Part shown: piece by piece, positions 37,044 to 51,868 of the stretch
How positions within the stretch are numbered: the stretch's first letter is position 1
Layout of the letters: each line of letters begins with the position of its first letter
DNA from: Podarcis cretensis
Taxonomy: Eukaryota
Direction: 5' to 3'
NCBI GenBank assembly: GCA_951804945.1
Contig: OX638159.1
Span: 3,162,001-3,226,000, forward strand
Length of the DNA: 64,000 nt
Position numbers and translations under genes: made by a program
Notes under the pieces: generated by a model
What the model saw: only the letters and a program-made list of their open reading frames with translations
What the model was told of the DNA's origin: nothing
The model's database searches: none

Positions 37044-39206
37044 TACCCTATAACAAATATATTGAGTAGAGAAAGGATTCCCCAGATACTAAGCATTTTC
37101 TCTGGCTCCCATGCCATGTGCCTCTAAGAATCTGACCACTGTACAAAAACAGCAAAGAAAATCAGTATAGACTGATTTCATTTATAGCCCAAATCACTTA
37201 TGTTTTGGCACTGCGATGGGGGATTCTTTGCTGGATGTCCATTTCAAGTAGTAGGAGCAGCCAGCATGGAGAGGAAATGCTGTGGGCAGGGTGGGGCAAG
37301 GAGGGTGGGGCCCTCAGGCCGGGCGGGGGGGGGGAACAGCCACCCTGTTGGGAGTGCTGAAACAGTTCCACCCATGCAGCTTCCCTGCCCTGCCCTGCCC
37401 TCACTCCCACCCTGCTCTGTGGCCCTGTGACTTCTTGATGGTCACTCCTGCTACACTGCAAATATAAATACTGTTTGGGGTGGGGATGAATCTGTAACCT
37501 TGTCCATTTCAGTTTCTCTCAATTTTTCATTTTTCTACTCTTAAGTTCAGCTCTCCCCATTTCCACATCAGTGGGGGCATTTATTAAATTTCTTGTGGAA
37601 ATTCATCAGCATTTTTGTTTCATTGTCTCCTAATAAACATGTTTTTGTGAATTTTTTTGCAAAGCTTTCTCCTAAAGTAATGCAGTTTTGTGGCCCCCCC
37701 CCCCACTAATATATGCTTTTTCTAAAATCACACTTTACCCAAGTACTGTATGTCCATTTTTGTATACAATACTTAGCTGGAAAAGTGCACTGCAAGATTT
37801 GAAGAGGTGCAAGTTTTGAAGGATTGCTGTGTTTTGGTTCACATATTATTTGGGAAAGTGCAAATTAGGTAGGTTTACCTTTAAATGCAAACAGAATTGA
37901 ATTTCCCCTTTCCAGTCATAGCCCAGCAGACACAAAATATTGAATCAACCTAAGGTAGTTGCTGATGTTGTTTTCCATTCATTTGCTGTTTGGCTTTACC
38001 TTTTATACATTCAAATTTATAATTCCTGCCTCCTATCACACCTTCCTACTTCTAGAATTTTTGAGTGTGTTTTGTTTGTCTGCTAGTGGTTGTTTTTGGT
38101 TGTTGTTGCTTGCTATTGTCATCTTTTTAGTCTGTTTGCATATGGACTAACTGCACTTGGACCATATCACAGTAAAACCAAATGATAGCTACGAACTGGA
38201 TAAGAGTGCTGTACACCTAAATACTGACAGCATTTTTAAACATTATGTACATTGTGTGTGAGCTAAATAGCTTGAAAGAGAACAAAAAGTGACTGAGCAG
38301 AGAGAACTAGATTCAAAAAGAACAACCACTATGATATTTCGTTTGGATTTAGCAACCACCATCCAGGGTACATTTGATTAAGTTAAGTCTGTGGGAAACT
38401 AAAATAAAATGTTTTTTTTAGTAATAAGAGCCTTTACAGAATGTTGTAATCACTCCTGCCATCTAAACTCGGCATCCTCTTGCTGACTGCGAACATGTTG
38501 TAATAATATGCACTATTCACGTGAACAAAATTAAGTAGCCTAGCAATATGACTTGCACAGTGACTCATATCATAATATTTGATATTGGAGCAGACCTCTT
38601 ATATAATTTTGTCCTTCCAAATGCATCAACTAATTATGTTAAAGAAACTCTCGCCTCAACTTCTCAAATCAGTGGAACGTTTATTGATGGTCCAAATTAT
38701 ATTACTTTTCCAAAACCGTGCAACAGGGAAATGCAAGTGAAGATGAGCTATTGTTAAACAAGCAGGAAGATATGGGTGGAAAAGTCAACAAGAGGAAGAT
38801 GATACTTGACACACCTTTGTTCCGTGCAAAGTCCACAACTTTAGGTCTGTCACAGAGAAACAACCAAGAGGGTTGTAGTGTAGAGATCCTGGGGGCCTTC
38901 TCTCATTTGAACTTGAAGGTAAGGAACAGCAGGAACCTCCCAGTCATCTTCTCAGAAGGGACTTCAGCTGTTTCTTACGGTCTTCAAACCACAAGTCAAA
39001 TGAGAGCTTTAGGGAAGGTTTCTGTGTGCAAAATGTCATGGTGGGTAAGCAAGTGGATTTATAGATGCCTGATAAGAAAATACCAGTAGTTGTGAGATGT
39101 AATTCTTAGGCAGCCAAGTTCTATTACATTCCAAAAGAGGACTAGAAAGGTTTGGAGAGTGTTCCCTTCCCTCTTGGCTCATGTCCTGGGAACCAACTAA
39201 CTTGGG

Positions 39207-39366
39207 CAGTGCTTTTTTTCCTTACAAAATGTTTAGGGGTACATTTTGACTCAAGAAAACCACCAATTTATAGTTCAAATTGGGAAAAATAAATACAGTA
39301 AATGGACAAAAGTACAAAGCTTCACAAAATGTTTAGGGGTATGCGTACCCCCAGAAAAAAGCACTG
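39207..39366. mobile_element. hAT MITE (same family as 60942-61086, opposite orientation)
   Basis: TIR CAGTGCTTTTTT; 8-bp TSD AACTTGGG / AACTCGGG. Confidence 0.8.
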
Positions 39367-40080
39367 AACTCGGGTATACTAATGTTATTTTAGATAAATA
39401 ATTTAAGAGGAAAATCACACAAAAACTGCATCTAGGGATAGTTAAAATTTCCCAAGAAAAATGCAGAAATCTGAACAGATAAAAAATGCGAGGTATCTTG
39501 ATCTGGCATTCAATTGCCTCAGGAGACAATGGAGGAGTGTATCTATCATATTTACAATGGAAGTTCTACTGCTTTTATTCTAAGTGCTGTTAATAATAAC
39601 ATCCATCACCCTGTAAAATTTTCATTCTCAATAGACATAAAATGCATAGAGGATCTTCTACTTCGATTAGTCAAGTTTTCTGATAACCCAGGAGGGATTG
39701 ATTTAAATTGAGAATATATAAATCATAAAAGGGAAAAGGGACTTAACTTAAATAACTATTAATTTCCATTAATTGTTTTAAAGAATTGGCTGATAAATTC
39801 ATTTCTTAATCATTTTCTAAACCCTAAATGAAGGTATCACATAGTCTTCAAGACCTGAGGCTTGACTATTTTTGCAACACCTGATATCTTTGTTGAAGTT
39901 TTTGACTCACAAGAACAACAAAATGATGTAACCCGGGTGATATAGTTGGGATGGAGGTCCACCTCAGTCAAACAGATGATTCAAGTAAGTTTATTTCAAT
40001 TCAAGAAATGCAATGAACTTCAAAATAAAACATAAGAGCCCTATCAGGTCAAAGGTCTATCTCAATGCCATATTAAACCC

Positions 40081-40567
40081 TGTGGAGGCTCCTAGGTCAA
40101 AATCTCTGTGCCTGTCAGGGACTGGGCAGAGGAGGAATGGTGGAGACAGCCTCCCCAGCCCAACCCTTCCAGAGAAGAAGAAGACAGTTCAGAATTACAA
40201 CGGGTTTGAGGGAGGTCACAGCTCAGAAGCAGATGAGGGGGAAAGCTGGGAAATAATGGGAGAGGAGGAAGAAGAAGAGGAAGCACCGGGGGGGGGGCGA
40301 TAGCTGATGGACACAGGGTCTTTAGAAAGCATTCCAGACCCCCCCCCTCTCTCAGAACGTGGTGAGCCTTGAAAGTAGGAGAGCAAAGAGCTCAAAGGCA
40401 GAGGGCACTTATCAGCACCTGTAGGGATGATGAATGAGGAAGTGGAAGAGACGGGGGGAGGGGTCCAAAGCCCCTCTCTGTAAATATTGAATAAAAAGCA
40501 GAAACATTCCTTGTCTTTGTACGTTCCTGGGCAACCAGCCATGGGAGTTGCTTGCAGCCACCTAACA
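40081..40567 (+). mobile_element. Probable solo LTR
   Basis: TGTG...AACA ends, purine-rich body, AATAAA at about 40490; no clean TSD. Confidence 0.45.
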
Positions 40568-40819
40568 GTGCCCTCCTCAGAAATGATCTCTCAATACGTT
40601 TTTGATTTTACCAACCAATCATTTTAATGAACCAATTTTAATACACAAAACATACAGTATTTATTCGATCTGTTGTCATGGGACCCCTAAAAGGCATGGG
40701 GTCCATAGGCCAGTGCCTACTCTGCCTATTTGGTCACCTGGCTCTGGTCTATCTAGCGCAGGATTATTCTCCTGCAGTGGCCAACCAAGTGGAATTCCAC
40801 AAGCAAGACATGGACACAG

Positions 40820-41165
40820 TACCCGTGTGGATCAGAGAGGCAATGGTAGATGCAATGAAAACCTCTCTATAGGGGAGACAACCGATGTAGCTGGGCCAAA
40901 TAGACAGCTGGCTTTGTGGCATAGCAAAACATTCTTTCATCCACACCTCTTACCAGAGGCCTTCAGTGTAATATGTCTCTGTGTGGGGATACCCTTGAAC
41001 CTGGTCCAGAAACTCCATCAAAGGTATGTAGTTATACTGTAGATAAGGACCTGTGGTGTAGTGTGGAGAAGCAAGGGGTGGAACTCCTGCCAGCCGGGAG
41101 CCTGGACTTTTCCCATCCTGTGCCTTCCCTGGTGTGCGTCCTTGAGTGAGGCATGCACTCTGCAG
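40820..41165 (-). pseudogene. Possible degraded MADF/Myb-SANT-like gene (PIF/Harbinger accessory protein type)
   Basis: Frame-broken minus-strand motifs in the expected order: SLKDAH..RE, YIPLMEFLDQV...T, DERMFC....AQLHRLSPL*R. Confidence 0.3.
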
Positions 41166-44100
41166 AGGGAGCACTGAGAAGAGAGCTGACCGCTCACCCA
41201 GGATCCGCTGGTGCCCGCCCTCGCACTGCGCAGCCAAGGAGAGGTGGCAGGGGAAGGGCTGTGCTTGGTGCCTCAGGCTGCTCTCTGTGGTCCTCCTCCT
41301 AGACCTACTGCAGCTCCAGCACTGCTTGGGATGCCACCAAGTCTGTCAAGAAGCACCAGCCACTGCTCCTGCTGGGAGCTCATCAAGCTGAGAGGGTGAA
41401 TGTGGTGACCAGAAGGTGACCTCCATGAGGAGCAGCCTCTGCAGGGGCGCAGTGAGCAAAATCCACTGTTGCTTCCTGCATGATGCCCACACTGAGGTTA
41501 GGGGGTACAATCCTTGCCTTGCCTCAGGCACTGGCAATGCAAGCTATGCCACTGGTGGGACAGACTATCAACACTTAACACCAGTGCTTAGAAGTTTGCA
41601 CTGGCTGCTTTCATGATATTCAGCAAAGTTCAGGGTTCTTATATTAGTTTATAAGGCACTTAACAACTTGCGTCCAGAAAAACTTAAGAACTGCCAGATC
41701 CCTCTGGCCAATCACAGAGATCTTTGGAAGAGTCACTATCACTGATCCTCCATGGCTTGGCACATAGTTTGTATCCACCAGGAGCTGTGTGTTCAGTATT
41801 GTGGGGCTGCTTCTGTGGAAGTGCCTCCTGGCCGAGATGAGACAGTCCCTCTCCCTGTTGAGCTCCAGGTGTTTTCTATTTCAGCAGACATTTCAAGAGA
41901 CTGGGAATTTGCTGTTCACTTGATTCATTTATTTGATCATCCCTTGGATGCATTTTTATTTCTATTAGAAGCTTCAGTAACACCAGAGGGCTAACAAACA
42001 CAGACAGGAGGGGGACAGGAGAAGGTGGCTTCATTCCCTCTATACCAAGGTGGAAAACGACAAAGGTCCAACTGAGCACTCAACTATGAAGCCTGTTTTA
42101 TTTGAAATAAAGAGGCGGCAACAGTGAGTTATTTGCACCCTTTTTAATGCTTGAGAGACTGAGCTCTTATTAAACAGAGCTGCTGCTTAGATGCCCAGAC
42201 AGAAGGCGGTTAGAAATAAACAAATGAGCAGGGATCAGGCTGTAGGGTGTGTTCCTTCGCATATTGCCATTGCCTGATCTCAAGTTCACTGTTAACTGCT
42301 CTTGTTTCCCAATTGGTTCCTGCCTCTGGCCTTTAGCAGTTACAGTATATGGCTAAAATTTCTGGTCCATTCCAAGTCAGTAGGATTCTTGTTTCAAATT
42401 TGTAATCTTCAATTAGTTTGATTTTAGCAACCCTAGTCAGACATCGACACAGATTAGTCTGATCTTAAATGAACTAGCTGAACTAATCAAACTAATTGAA
42501 ATAGAAGTTTTGGTTAATTTAAAATGCTAACTAAGTACGTAAATCAAATATGAAATTTGCCAAGGCTCTCAAAGGGTGAGAATTATTATTTGAACACTTT
42601 AGTTCAACCACAAAGTATCCGGCCATTTAATTTCAGGATGTGGTCATAGCATTCTAGAGCTTTGGGGAGTCTGCTGGGCTAGAAGGGAGGGCCCAGCAAA
42701 ATAAAAGAGAAGGAGTAGCTATTATCTAAGATGTACGTTTAGCTGTAGAGCGTTGCAAACACCTTTTTGAATTTAACACATAGACTTTTCACTTTACTAC
42801 CAAGACCAAAGAAAGTAAGGGAAATAATGGGAACCACAAATTCAGCTGACAATCAAGTTATCTGACTTGGCTGGAAAAGAGATGTAGGTTTTAATTCTAA
42901 GCACACTTGTTTGGGAAAAATCAATAGGGCTTAGAGTGATTTTGGTAATGATGATCAAAAACAGACCACAAGATAGTACCCTAACACAACAGGGGATTTG
43001 AGACACAACATTCCCTTCACCTGCATCTCTTGTGTTGGGTTTGATACGGGGGTGAGATACTTCAGTGAAACAATGCAGCAGCTCCTGCTTTCTTGCTGCC
43101 AAACAATATTTCTTTTTCTTAAGTTCTGACGGCAACATCACAGCATTTAAACATATGAGGTGATCTCAGGATATTTTATATGGAAGAAAGGAAAGGTAAC
43201 AGCAAGGCATGCACATTTGTAAGAAATTGATCTTCTAGGGTGACAGCACCCACACTTTGCAACTCCCTGCTTGTTGATGTCAGGCTGCCACTTTCACAGC
43301 ACTCTTCCCAGCGCCTGCTAAAACCATTTGTGTTGTGGCAAACCTACCCAGATATGGAGAATATTGGTGTGTGTTTTCATCTGGTTTTAGCTTATTATAG
43401 ATGCCTGTGGGATACCTTCAGGCAGGATCAGAGCACAAGAGCACTCTCCCCTTCTATCTTTTCCAGCGATTGGTATTAAATATTAATGACTCCGACTGTA
43501 GAGTCAGAGCACAGCCCACATGGTTAGTGGCCACTGACAATGTTATCTTCCGTGAATATATCTAATCCTCTTTTAAAGGCATCCAAGTTAGTGGTCAGCA
43601 CTGCCTCTTGTGGAGTGAGATTTGTAGTTTAACTGTGTGCTACATGAAGATGCATGTTCTTTTATCTGCCTTGAATTTTCCAATCTCATACTCTCCCATG
43701 ATCCATCTTGCATGGCGTAGTGGCTAAAGTTGGACGGGGAGACCAAAGTTTAAATCATGAACTTTACTGGGTGAATCACTGCATTGCATTCTACCTGACA
43801 TGGTTGTTGCGAGATTTGTAGGCAGCAGTATGTGCATCACATCATCTAATCCTACTCGGATTCAATGTGTACAACAGTGGTCATTAGCCATGACTGCAAA
43901 TGGAGTTAATACAACTGGGAAGAACTAGGATGCATTTCAACTTACTTTTTGGCCTTGAGGAGTTTAAAATATCCAGGCTCACTATTTTCTATATGTAATC
44001 CATCTGTTAGTTAGAGTTTCAAGGTGTACCACATCTCCTGGGGAACAAGCTTCATGACTTATTATCCTAAATAGTTAGCCACTCACTTCCATTAGCTCTA

Positions 44101-47100
44101 GCTATGGAGTGAGTGTTTTGCCAGCTTGGAAATAATTGTGCTGAATATTCACCATTTTCTTGGAGGGTTAATTGGGGAAAATGAAATAGTGTTTTGTGTA
44201 ACAGCAGTTATTAAACTGAGAGTATGTTGCAGTTAGAGTCTCATTTCGTATCAGCAAAATGATTCTTTGTGCAGTCGTAGCTCTCAGCAGTGGGGTTTTG
44301 TCCTTTAATGATCTAGCTTCAAAAGGACAAGGGGAACAAATTTAACAGACTACAGTGAACTTACCACAGAATACTTTTGCACTTAATCTTGGCCCAAGCC
44401 AGCTATGACTGCAAATGAGCCTCAATGTCCAACAAACAGCAGCTCCTTCAGGCAATGACTTTTGATTGTTTTGCTCATAAGAGACTTTGGCCTATATGAA
44501 CAAAGAAACTTTAAATGTCCCCTGGTCCTACTAAGCAAGTTGTTACTATGGGTCATGAATGAAATACGTTGGCAATGCAATATGATAAATGCTGAGAATG
44601 ACAAAATGGCAGATGAAACAAACATCAGATTGCACTTGGATGCTAAGCAATATAAAATTGGGGGGGGGGGTGCAACTAGAGTTAATTGAGCTTGGAGATC
44701 AAAATGAAACCCATAGGTAACAAAGATATGTGATATGGTGCGGTCTGTCTCCTTGGTAGGCCTATATTCCCTCCCTGATAGAAGGAGAGCTGAGTAAACA
44801 TGCACATCACTGAGTAGCTCATCACTTGTTGACCTTTTGCTCTGTGATTTGCCCCCAATGTGTGAAGGGCCTCTTCTGGAAAACAATGCTTTTGAGGTGA
44901 TTTCTGCAGACATAAAAGGTCCCTCACTCACGATGCAGTCAGATACCTATTAGGTGCCTTTGCACATGTAAAACAGCGGTTGCCATCAGAGAGAGCGATG
45001 TGAATGCATGTGTAAACTCATCTGGAGCCCAACATTTACTCTGAGTTTCTCCCAGACAAATCTAGCTGGCAGTGCCCTCTGTTCCTTCTTGGCACTACAA
45101 TGTACAACATAGTATTGGTATGTTTTGGGGAAAGGAACGCGTCTACCTCCCCAGACATCCCCACCATGAATGTGCAAATAAATTCATGTGGACTACAGTA
45201 CTCAAGTTAGAATTGCATCAGCCTTAGCTGACCTTGGTAGGTGTGCAGTTGTCAAGTTCATTTTTCCTGATTCAACTGGCATTTTTACATATTTTGGTAT
45301 GTTTGCATTTCCTGTTTAAATATGTTAATAAATTAATTAGTGTATAGTGAAGTCAAGTCATGTAATTTTAAAAATCCTTTGTTAGTATTCATAATCAGAC
45401 AGTTAAGGGGGGAAAGCAGAAGAGAAAATGTAAGAGTTAATAAACAATAGTCCAGCCCAGCATTCTTCAACCTTGTTGGACCACCACTGCCATCATCCTT
45501 GACCATTAGCTAACTGGCTGGGGATGATGAGAGTTGTAGTCTAACATCTTCTGGGGACCCAGGGTTGAAGAACATGGGGCTAGGCACTAATCATTGGCCA
45601 ATATGACCCAGGCAACATCCTGAAGTGATGAGCTGTGGTTGGCCATCTATAATGAGAGGATTGGAAGAAAATGCAGTGACTTACTCTATTCTGTTGCAAC
45701 ACCAGAAGCATTTGGTTCCATGAAATCTGTCCGTTATAAAAACTCTATTTCCCTCCTCCTTCCCATTTCATTTTCCTCTTATGTTGCATCTTAGATTATA
45801 TGCCTGAAAGCAAGGATCTTTTATCATTGACATCCGTAAGCTGCTCTGGGGGCCTTTTCCCTCTTTTCCCACCTCAAGAAAAAATGCTCTAAATAAATAT
45901 AAACATATCATGATATGACAAAGCAAGAGTCATTCATATTTGTAGCTCATTCTGAAACAGACAGGGGCTTTGGTTTAGATGAGTTTTAGCTCCTTCCTGA
46001 AGGCAACAGCTGACATCATCTTTCACACACATGTATGTATATCACTCAATATTAATCACTCGTTGCATTTCAGCTGAATGTGTGAACTCCTTCCATTGCA
46101 AAGTATTGTGTTCTAGTTGTTATGAGCTTGTCAAGTTAGAAGCAAGGTCTCTACGTGGTGATCAACTAGCCAATGAGTGGTGAATATGCTGGAACAAATT
46201 CACCCTTAAACTACCTTAAACTACCAGAAATTGGAAGTGAACCATCAGGGAATATTCTGTTATTGAGGAGTTCAGTGATTACTGGGCAATGTGATAGAGA
46301 GTATTCCCAGCTAAGTGAACCACTGATCTGAATTAAGAAGGGGTTTGTGTGTCTGTTTGTGTGTCCCCAGCTAGGAAGCTAGGATGATGGGTTGCTGTTG
46401 TTTTTTAAAAAACCACCTCATTATTTTGTGTATTCTAGTGTTTTTCTTTCTCTCTCTCTAACCTAAAAGCTTCCCCAGCTCGTTTATGCATTAAACAACA
46501 ACCCTTTCATAACAAGCCTCACACCTCTGTCAAGAAGATTATTTAATCAGTCGTTATGTAAGCAAGAAGGGCTGCTTTTATCCAGTCTGGAAAGAGTACA
46601 ACAGTGAAAAAGAAAGGTATGCCCCCTCTATCTTTTGAAGGGGGTTGCTAGCTGCCTTCATGACTGATGCTGAAAATGCAACTATTTAAGACAGCCTCTT
46701 TAATATGAGCCAATAAACCTATTTAATAAAAATGCATGATTTTTCTTTTTTTCCAAATGCATGCTTTGCACTCTTGCCACTTATGTAGGGATGGGTGAAT
46801 CTGTCTATTTCAGTTTCTCACAGTCTCTCATTTTCCCAGTCTTAAATTTTATTTATTTGTTTATTTGTTTGCTTATTGCATTTATATTCCACTTTTCTTT
46901 CAAGAAGCTCAACAAATATTTTGCTTCTAGTTACCTTATATTCTGTCTTTTCTCCCCAGATGCATTCTACTTTTGTTCTTGTGACAAGTCTTTGTGAGAC
47001 GAGAAACTATTTTACATCAGTACATTTCCCCCTTGCACACACACCAAGCCTTTCCATACATTCACAGCATGTACTAAGAGTAGGTCCAATAAATTCAAAC

Positions 47101-49867
47101 AGGAGGAATGAATTAGAATGTCATCAATAGCTCTGTCTGGAATACTATAACTAGAGGGGTCATTTAATAAGTGAGATTAGACTCTATGCTCTTCAGAAGG
47201 TAAACCCTGTTGATACTGGGTTAGTAAAAAGAATCATCAAGAGGGGCGGGTGGGTGATATTTTATATTTGATTTAAGCACTCTAATGTAGTAATGTTGTT
47301 TTGCAAAGTAGCATTTTTCAGAACACAAGATCTTTCACAGATGGCAACTAGGCAACAGTTTTCAATTGCCCCATTTTTTCATCAGTGAAGTCTGGGACAA
47401 ACTTATTTATGCAAATGATCTGGGGGGATTTTACAAAATCTGGAGTGTATCCCAATCAATATTTTGTTGAGAGCTCCAATGGTGGCACACACATTGTTTT
47501 TGTAGGAACGAAGGAGTTTGTTTCAGGGTTGGACAAGCCCCTCACATGACGCTGTCCATGGTTGTGCAGTAAATGGTGAATTGCTTGCTTGATCAGGAAA
47601 ACAAGATGTGCAGTGAAGTGGAGGTTTGAAGATCCTCCACATTGATTCAGATCTTCAGAGTCATGTAGCTGGCGATGTGGATGGTGCTACAAAGTTTACT
47701 TCAAAAGGGTGGAGATTCAGTTAATACTGCATGTATTGTGTTCTGATTTCTTTTAGTCATCTGAGAGTGGACATGCATGCAACTGGTTTTAGTAACGGAA
47801 ATCAACAAAGACAGTCAACAGCTGTTTACAGAAGTTTTTGAAAAGTGAAACCTTCTAAATATAATTTGGCCAGCATCTACAAAATATGTTGAACAAATCC
47901 TAAGGTCAGATCATAAGTTGCATGTGTAATAATAATAGTGGGAGGAGGCATGCAAGCATGTAAACAACTTGAAGCCAGGCTATCTAAGAGACTGCCTCAC
48001 CCCATACAGTGGCATTCAGTGAAATTTTTAATAGGGGAACAGTTAGGGCCAGAGGTGCCAGCTTGCGAAGGTGATGGACGTCCTGATGGTGCATGTGTGA
48101 GCATTGCACCTCCATCCCTAAGCTGGGCAGAAGCTTCCTAGGCTTTGGGGAGGAGGTGCCAGGAGAACATTTAGGGGACAAGCCTAGTCCCCCTAGTCCA
48201 CTGACTGCACACCACTGACTCTATCTATCATCTATCTATCATCTATCTATATGGGACCTCTGGGTATAGGGTGGTAAGCAAGCAAGCAAGCAAATATCCC
48301 TGCCGAACATTTGCACTCCTCAGATGGGGCACTGTACTCTATGACCCAGAGGTGTGCTTAGCTTATACTAGAAACCAGGCTTTTAGTGTTGCAGTTCAAT
48401 ATCTCTAGAATACATTACCCTCCAAAATTAGACAAGCATCCCACTTCTGACACATCTATTGTTGAGATTCCTGCATTGCAGGGGGTTAGATCCCTTCCAA
48501 TTCTATATTTCTATGATTCTAAGTTTAGACACCTACTGAAGACATGTTTGTTTAAGAAGACTTCTCCTGAGGTATGACTTGGTTATTTCTGGAATGATTA
48601 TATATCTGTTGTTTAATGGTTTTTCGAGTTTGTGATTATTATTATTATTTATATCTTACATAAACCTTGATGGCTTTATGCTGTGAAGCAGTCTATAAAT
48701 TTCTTTAATAATAATAAGTCTGCCACAAGGCAATTGAAAAATGTAAACTCTGGACTGAAAAAGTAGCCCAGTGTGGCAGTGTGAACTCATCTATATAGTT
48801 AACATCTGCCATGCTGTAGCTCCATAATATATGAAATGTGGGGTAGTTTGCTCAAGCCTTGCAATGTATTTCTCTAGTCTGGGATAAAGAAAAATGGCTT
48901 ATGTAAAGCAAGATCCTGAGCAAATGAAGGAGAAGTAACAGCACATAAGAGAAAGGGTGGACTGGCAGTGATGTTCTCCCAGTGGGGGGAGCATTGCATT
49001 CTCTGGGACAGGGCAGAGTGAGCTGGTAGTGAGGTTGCGTGAGTTTCATGTTGGCAGTGATAAAGTCCCACAGGTAAGAGCTCTGAAGGGGGGTGGGGAG
49101 TATTGTGCTGAGCACAGAGATTTTGAGTACCAAAACTGGTCTGAACTAACAGTCCTTAAAAAAACTGTTTCTGGCTGCCACAAGTTTTCTGCTTATCAGT
49201 ATCTTAATTTAGCTCCGGGGGATGTCATTTTTTTGCTGATATTGTTAACCATATGAGAGTCAGAAATCCTTGACAATCTACTGCAAATCACTTGGAGAGC
49301 TATCAACAGATCCTGCCCACCTCTGCTCTGATGCCTCAAGATCTATGTATCATTGCCACCCTCCCTGTTGCACATTTCAGCAAAATTTAAAATGCCAAGT
49401 TAGATCCAATGGGCTACATCCAATGTTAATAGTACTCAGAGTTGCCCTAGTCATTATTAATGGACACGACTAACTTAGACCCATTATTTTAAGAAGCTCT
49501 ATTCTGAATAGAACTTAATGGGATACAACCCAATGTCAATCGCTTATGCTGCTCTTTTAATCATGTATGAGCAAAGTATGCCAGCTCTGTGTCTTCTGTT
49601 TATAATAAAAATGGTAATAATCTGCCATACCTTTGGGTTGCAACATTTTCTCTCCCCTGTAATATTTTAGACAAATCTAAGAGCCCAGTAATTTTCAGCA
49701 GTGCATTCTACTGTGCCAATAATATACCTGTGCTAAAGGAATTACTCTGGCTATTTGCTGCTGAGATGAGTTTAAGGTCCTGCTGCTTATCACAAGGTTA
49801 ACTGAGATATTGCCTCCTTCTGCACAACCCAGCCCATGCACTGGAATCATTGGACAAGGCCCTTTTA

Positions 49868-50308
49868 TTATTAATTTTTTTAAATAATATTTATTAAAAT
49901 TTTAAAGATTACAGAAAGAAAAAGTAAAAATGCCACATTAAACATAAACAAAACAACACATCACAATATAAAAAAAACAGAGAAATAAAACCCATTAAAC
50001 AAAAACAAAAACGCAAATAAAAATACATCAGATCTCCTCATTACTAATCTTTCATTAGCTTATTTCCTTGACCTCCTCACACCTCCCTTTTTTGTATTCT
50101 AGGTCAAATATCCATTTCAGCAAATCCTTTCCCTCTTTAAAAACTTTTGTCCTGTAAATTGTCTTAATATAATGTAACTTTACTTTTCCTCCTTTCACCA
50201 ATTAACAGTCAGTTATTCCCAAATCCTTTATATCATTCCTGCTAAAATCATATAATATTATTCCAACATCCTTCTAACAGATATTAATTTTACAATGTTT
50301 CTGTAAAT
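49868..50308 (-). mobile_element. 5'-truncated L1-type 3'UTR insertion
   Basis: Same terminus as the 25763 copy (TTTTTTAAATAATATTTATTAAA); 19-bp TSD ATTGGAC(A/G)AGGCCCTTTTA at 49849-49867 / 50309-50327. Confidence 0.75.
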
Positions 50309-51868
50309 ATTGGACGAGGCCCTTTTAGTGAACCAAGCCTGGCATTTGCTTGGTGGCAACTTGAGGAAGGGTCTCCTTCTCAGTGGCCTCCATGCTATGG
50401 AATGATCTGTGGTAATTCACTGCAACTGAGTTCCATCACTTGGTCAAAACATACTTATTTATGGGTGAATTCCCAAACGCTGAGTTTTAGTACCTGCTCT
50501 ATTGGAAACTTGTATTTGTGCTTTCTGTATCTAAGCATTTCATTGTGTATTGATCTGAGTATGTAAATCCGCCTTAGTGGGAAGTCCATCTAGAAATGTT
50601 TTACTAATTAAAATGTATAACAGCCCATCTAAAAAGGAAGGTGGTATTTACACACAACAAGGGCACTTTTATATAGAAACATGCAAGTTTTTATAGTCCT
50701 TTCTAGGGGGAAAAAACCAAGAATCCATGGTTTTGCTGCACAAATCATTGTGTTCAACCTGTTCTCCTTGTGCTGTTCTTTTTCTTATAGTCCTATAGTG
50801 TTTTATTTAAAAACAGCCAGTTGATGAGAAAGGGGTCGTTAGCTCGGAAAACAGTACATAACTATATAAATGATGCAGCCTGTGTGGGTAGATTTTCAAG
50901 GCTTTGTGTCTTTTACCTTACCTTTATCCAGCTGAAAAAGAAGATCTGCCCGCAGCACAGAGGCGTTCTCTGCACTAAGTGAGGGAGGCGATTATTCTCT
51001 TCCCCACCACCTCCAACATCATTCAAAGGGCCCTATCAATGCAGGCTTGTCATAACAATTTGTCACTTATTTTTTGTTTCCATATATCAGCGAAGGCTCC
51101 AGGCCACTGCTATAGGCTATGTGCTACAGCCTGGAAAATAAAAACCCTGTCGCATGTAATAAATTGAGAGTACCATCACAAAAGAGCCAGCTAATGGCCA
51201 GGACTGTTTCTATAAGCTCTGTCAGACAACCTCAGAAATGGGTAGCCTGGCTTCAAAAACTGGGGCAGGAGAGGGAGATAGAAAAATTAAGAGCTAAAAA
51301 ATATAGGCATGCAGCAACTGGTGCTTAATAAAACCACTGTGCCCACCACCAAAATGTTTACTGGAAGCAAGAGCTATGGATTGCAATCATTTGCCAAGAA
51401 GTCTCAAAATGCCAATGATGATATACTAACTGGACATCTTCCAACTCAATTGTCTTCATTCACCTCCAGATACAATAAACTGCTCCTGGCAGAAAGGAAG
51501 AATAAGCAAATGTGAATACTGAGAGCCCAGTAGAAGCAATGCTCTCAGGATAGATAAACATGTTCATACCCATCATGAGGTTTTCTGAAGATATTGTCTC
51601 ATGGCGGCTTCTTTCATTAAATTGTTTATTATCATGGTCAGGGCGACTTCAGGGAGAGGGAAGTCTGCCCGTCATGATGAACCATGTAGATGGATGTATG
51701 TTGGGTTTTCTGAATCCACCTTATGCTCTCAAAGATGAGAAGAGCTTAGGTGCTCATCCACTGTCATATTACTCACCTCTTTTCCTTGCTCCAGGTTTGT
51801 TTATCAAGGCCTCTTCCCCATCTCTTTCTCAATCCCACCTACTATAGACCGCAAGTAAGTGCCATCTT

